Assembly (NCBI GenBank): GCA_030141605.1
Contig: JAQGDQ010000007.1
Span: 483,173-547,172 of the forward strand
Length of the DNA: 64,000 nt
Origin: Tubiluchus corallicola
Lineage: Eukaryota > Animalia > Priapulida
Direction of reading: 5' to 3'
How positions within the stretch are numbered: the first letter of the stretch is position 1; each line of letters starts with the position of its first letter. The notes under the pieces were generated by a model that was not told the DNA's origin, made no database searches, and worked only from the letters and a program-made list of their open reading frames with translations. Of this stretch, positions 60,162 to 64,000 are shown one piece after another. The position numbers and the translations under genes were made by a program.

Positions 60162-62139
60162 AAGAAAATTCGTTGTTTTCATTCGGCATTTTCTGTAACT
60201 ATGCTAGCAGGGCTTTCAATAATGAAACATATTTGAATCACGGAGTCACATAAATGAGAAATGATATGTGCTGCCATCCGTCGTAAATTTATAAAGTTTA
60301 ACGTTGATGAGACACAATAACTTTGAAAAGTATAAAGCGAAGGTTTGCTTAAAATGCACACCACGTGTTCCTGCCTCTTGTCCTGTTTAATCAGTTGAAA
60401 GAAGCCAGGCGAAATTGTTGTCTCTAACATGCTGTTTAGCTTGTTATCCTATTTGGCAGGGAGAATTAGCTATAAAGCTTTGTGCTGATGCAATTTTGAC
60501 AACTCAATAAACATGAATAGCGCTGTTATCGGTTCCCTAATATGAGCGTAATGGGAAAATGTGAGTGCAGCGCTGTGAGTTAACAAAAACTACCAAAAGT
60601 TTTCAACGAACGCGTGCAGTTCAAATAGTGAAAGTAGTGGAGATGCGTTTTTTCCGGAATGTTATTATTGCACGTTCTGTTGATGATTGCCACTGAAATG
60701 AATATTTTTGTTTTTTAACTATAAACTCATATACTGATGGATGTTTGTCAGTTCGTCCACCTGTTCATCCCATATCCATCCATCCTTTAGTTTCTTTGCT
60801 GTCAGTCCATGGACTCACATTAGCAATGCATTCAAAAGGAAAGCCAAGTCTTCTGCGACGTTAAGCTTGTTTCAATGTTCGAGAAAAACGTTATGGAAGC
60901 CACGACGCGCTTACGAAAGGTCACGGAGTCAAGCAGCAATATTATGCTCTATAGACCAGTTTTGTTACAAACTTCTTTGTTATATTATTCTAACTTTAAG
61001 TGATAACAGTAACATAAATTCGACATGCTAAGCGACTTGTCGTTTCCGTTGATTTTGCCAGAATTGAAATTGTCATGTCAGGCTGTAGCGAATGAACAAG
61101 TCGCTTCGAACACAGTTAGCTTCGAACACTTCCAATTCTTTTAAAGCACTGCCCAACGTCCACATTGAGTCTGAAAAACAAGCCCCGGGTTTCCAAATAC
61201 AGATCATATCTTTTGACAACTGACACGAGACTACCTTTATGTCTTAGAGGAGGCGTGGATTCTATGTATTGAGGTTGAAGTAGTAAAGATATGTTTTTCC
61301 GAGTGCAGGGCGCAATCACGAATCCTAAGATGTATTATCTATGCCTTAGAAGTAGTGAAGGTTGACATTTCCAACACTGTGGAAAACCACTATTTCTTAT
61401 TTAATCTGCTGCTAAACTACCAATACCACCTGAAATTTCGGAAGCCTTTGTGAGCATTTTTAAAAAAGTATCTAACTGGCTGCATAGATGTTCCCGTAAA
61501 CCTAAACCAAATCTGACTATCAGAAGGTCTTGTACAAATCACAAGATTTCAGTTTTCTCAACATATAAAGATTTTAATGTTTTATCTATGTTAAAGTTTA
61601 AAATGATTTAAATCGTGACTGACTGTTCGCCTGCTGTATCCTCTCCCTATTTTCCTTCATTACCATAACATTGTGTGTGTTGCCATAGTATGAAGGATGC
61701 CATACCTCCCCCGTGACCTGAGAAATGTGGGTTTTTGTGATCGGTTCTGACCCTACTTCCCGCCCTCATTGTTGTATGACCAAGGAAAATCAATCATAAC
61801 CTTTACAATAATGTAGGTTAACACGATGCATGGTCCTTCAGACTTCAGTACACTTGTCTTCTGTTCAGTATTTGAATAAGACTTCTTTAAATAACCCGAA
61901 GACATGTATTTTGCATGTAGTGTCCCATTTTACTTTGAATGACCTTGAAATGACCTTGGACCCGGTTTGAAAACATACCACTTTATTTTTTAGAAACTGC
62001 AGAGCCACAAAACCTTAAAACCATTGAGTGATAAAAACTATAGTGAGATGCCAGAATCTTAGATATTGTACATGATTGCCCCTGGATTATTAAATCGCTT
62101 TAAGCTTACATTAAACATTAAAATCTTCATATGTTCGTA

Positions 62140-62223
62140 GGTTTTATATATATGTAAGGTTTTATATATATGTATTATAATATATAGGTTATATATATAT
62201 ATATATGGGTGTGTGGGTGGTTC

Positions 62224-62270
<47 letters not shown>

Positions 62271-62290
62271 ACACGCGTGTGTGTGTGCAT
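62140..62290. repeat. (TA)n and (GT)n microsatellites
   Basis: Seen directly. Confidence 0.93.
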
Positions 62291-62619
62291 ACATTTATAT
62301 ACATTGATCAGTAAAGGCCTCATTGATACACATGAAACATTAATCAGTACAGGCCTCTAAAGTGTTTATTGTAATGTAAACTAAAAGATGTGGTTATCAG
62401 GAACAATATCCCAGCAGATTTCTACGCCATTTTAACAGATCTTGCATGCGTGCTAATATCTGACAATAAATTCAATTACTTGTGTCTTGAGTTGCAGGGC
62501 AATCTCAAATCCCCTGAACTTATTGATGTGATATTAAAGGATAATGGTTTAGATAACGAGCTGGGATTATTCCAAATTGAATATAAGTTTGAACTCGCGC
62601 TGTGGGCTCTTTAGGAGGC

Positions 62620-63300
62620 TGGGTGAATGAAGAAAATACAAGTGCAGAAACGAACAAAAGAAATGACAGACAGACAAACAAACAAACACAAATAGACAAC
62701 AGCAAGTGACTGAAAGACCAGACAAACGAATAAATAAACAAATAAACAAACGAACAATCAGCAAAACAAATGGCTTGAATTATTAAATGCCTATAACAAA
62801 CAGACCTTTTATTTAAAAATGTTGCTGCAATAGATAATCGATTGGTCGGACAATCAAATGCCAAAAGTAAGCAACAAATAATTAAGCTAATAAATAAGTA
62901 TTGTTTATTGCAATAAATAAATAAGCAAACAAATGACGGAAGATGTTTTTTAGAGAAAGTGTAGAAAAGAAAGAACAAATAAACAAAAATAATAAACGAA
63001 TAATGAAGGAGGAAGGAAGAAGTAAAGGCGCAAAAAAGAAATCACCAACAAAAGTAACGAAAGGAGAAACAAAAAGGCAAGTAGAAAGAAAAAGAAAGAG
63101 AGGAAAAAAGAGTGAATGAAAGGAAGAAAAAAGAAAAGAATTAAGAAAGAAAAACAAAAGAAAAAGATGAACAAAATACGGCAGAAAGAAAGAAAAATTG
63201 ATAAAGGAAAAGAAAGGAAGATCACAGCACAATCGCAAACATCTAGAGCAAAAGAAAAAGAACGCAAATGTAAGAACACTCAAATGAACAAATAAAATTT
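62620..63300. repeat. A-rich / (AAAC, AAAG) low-complexity tract
   Basis: Seen directly; it explains the F/L/S-rich spurious minus-strand ORFs. Confidence 0.8.
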
Positions 63301-63754
63301 AATATTGATGATGTGATAGCTTAATGCAGGAAATAAATGCTCCATGAGTATTAAATCACTTTTGCGTGACATGGTTTGAAGCACCATTGCTCAAATAATG
63401 GCTCCCAGATCTCCTATATTCTCCATACATGATTTATGCAAAGTGCCATTTCACTCTGTTTTAAGTATTTTTATTTCTACTATTTTATGGTCTTGGGCAT
63501 TAAGTCTCTGATTCAATATGTATGAAAAGCGTCTGTCTGCCGAAATCACCGTCCATTTTACATGTAGTGACTGATGCATTCATTAATTCTAATCCCTTGA
63601 TTCGCACAAGCTCATGTTCATGTCGTAGGAAATGGCGATAAAAGCACGACAACTGCTGTCTGTCGGTGAAAATTTTACCCTGCAGCTGGTAAACTAATTC
63701 TTCGCTCCCTCGTTCTCCGAATCTCCGTCTTTTTCATCCACCATGCTACACCCT

Positions 63755-63900
63755 CCATTTTCCTCTCCCTTCTTTTGTCTCTGTCTCTCTCTCGCTCTAT
63801 CTGTTTGCCTCTGCCTCTGTCTCTCTTTCTCTTTCTCTGTGCTTTTCACTTCATTTCTCTTTTCGCATTTTCTTTACCTTTCTTTCGCTTTCCTTTCAAC
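63755..63900. repeat. Pyrimidine-rich (CT) low-complexity tract
   Basis: Seen directly. Confidence 0.8.
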
Positions 63901-64000
63901 AGTTTTTGGAATTTTAAATTTTGCTGTTTAATAAATGAAAAACTATTTTTCCCTGATGAAATTGTTTTCTTTCCTCTATAAACGCAATACCATTTAACGT

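Overview
AT-rich, intron-containing eukaryotic DNA, most likely from an invertebrate animal. (1) Bases 244-40725 (+) carry a 5'-incomplete polycystin-1-family (PKD1-like) gene. I assembled it by eye into 40 GT-AG exons whose phases chain without a stop (8,681 nt, about 2,890 aa). Domain order: 3x WSC - PKD/Ig-like - REJ - GAIN [interrupted by a 30-cysteine mirror-spaced module and an extra PLAT domain] - GPS (HL/T) - TM1 - canonical PLAT - TM2-5 - TOP/polycystin channel domain. The two modules inside GAIN, on the predicted extracellular side of the GPS, are the most unusual features in the window. (2) Bases 44040-52539 (-) are a complete, young Gmr1-type Ty3/gypsy LTR retrotransposon: one 1,630-aa ORF in the order gag-PR-IN-RT-RH, 1,190-bp LTRs, TGCAC target-site duplication. 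It is inserted into the zinc finger of an older, decayed gypsy integrase. (3) Introns and the 3' flank hold truncated LINEs, a Penelope GIY-YIG relic, MITEs, 5S-like and tRNA-like SINE relics, a 60-bp minisatellite and microsatellites. All calls come from manual reading; no database search was run.
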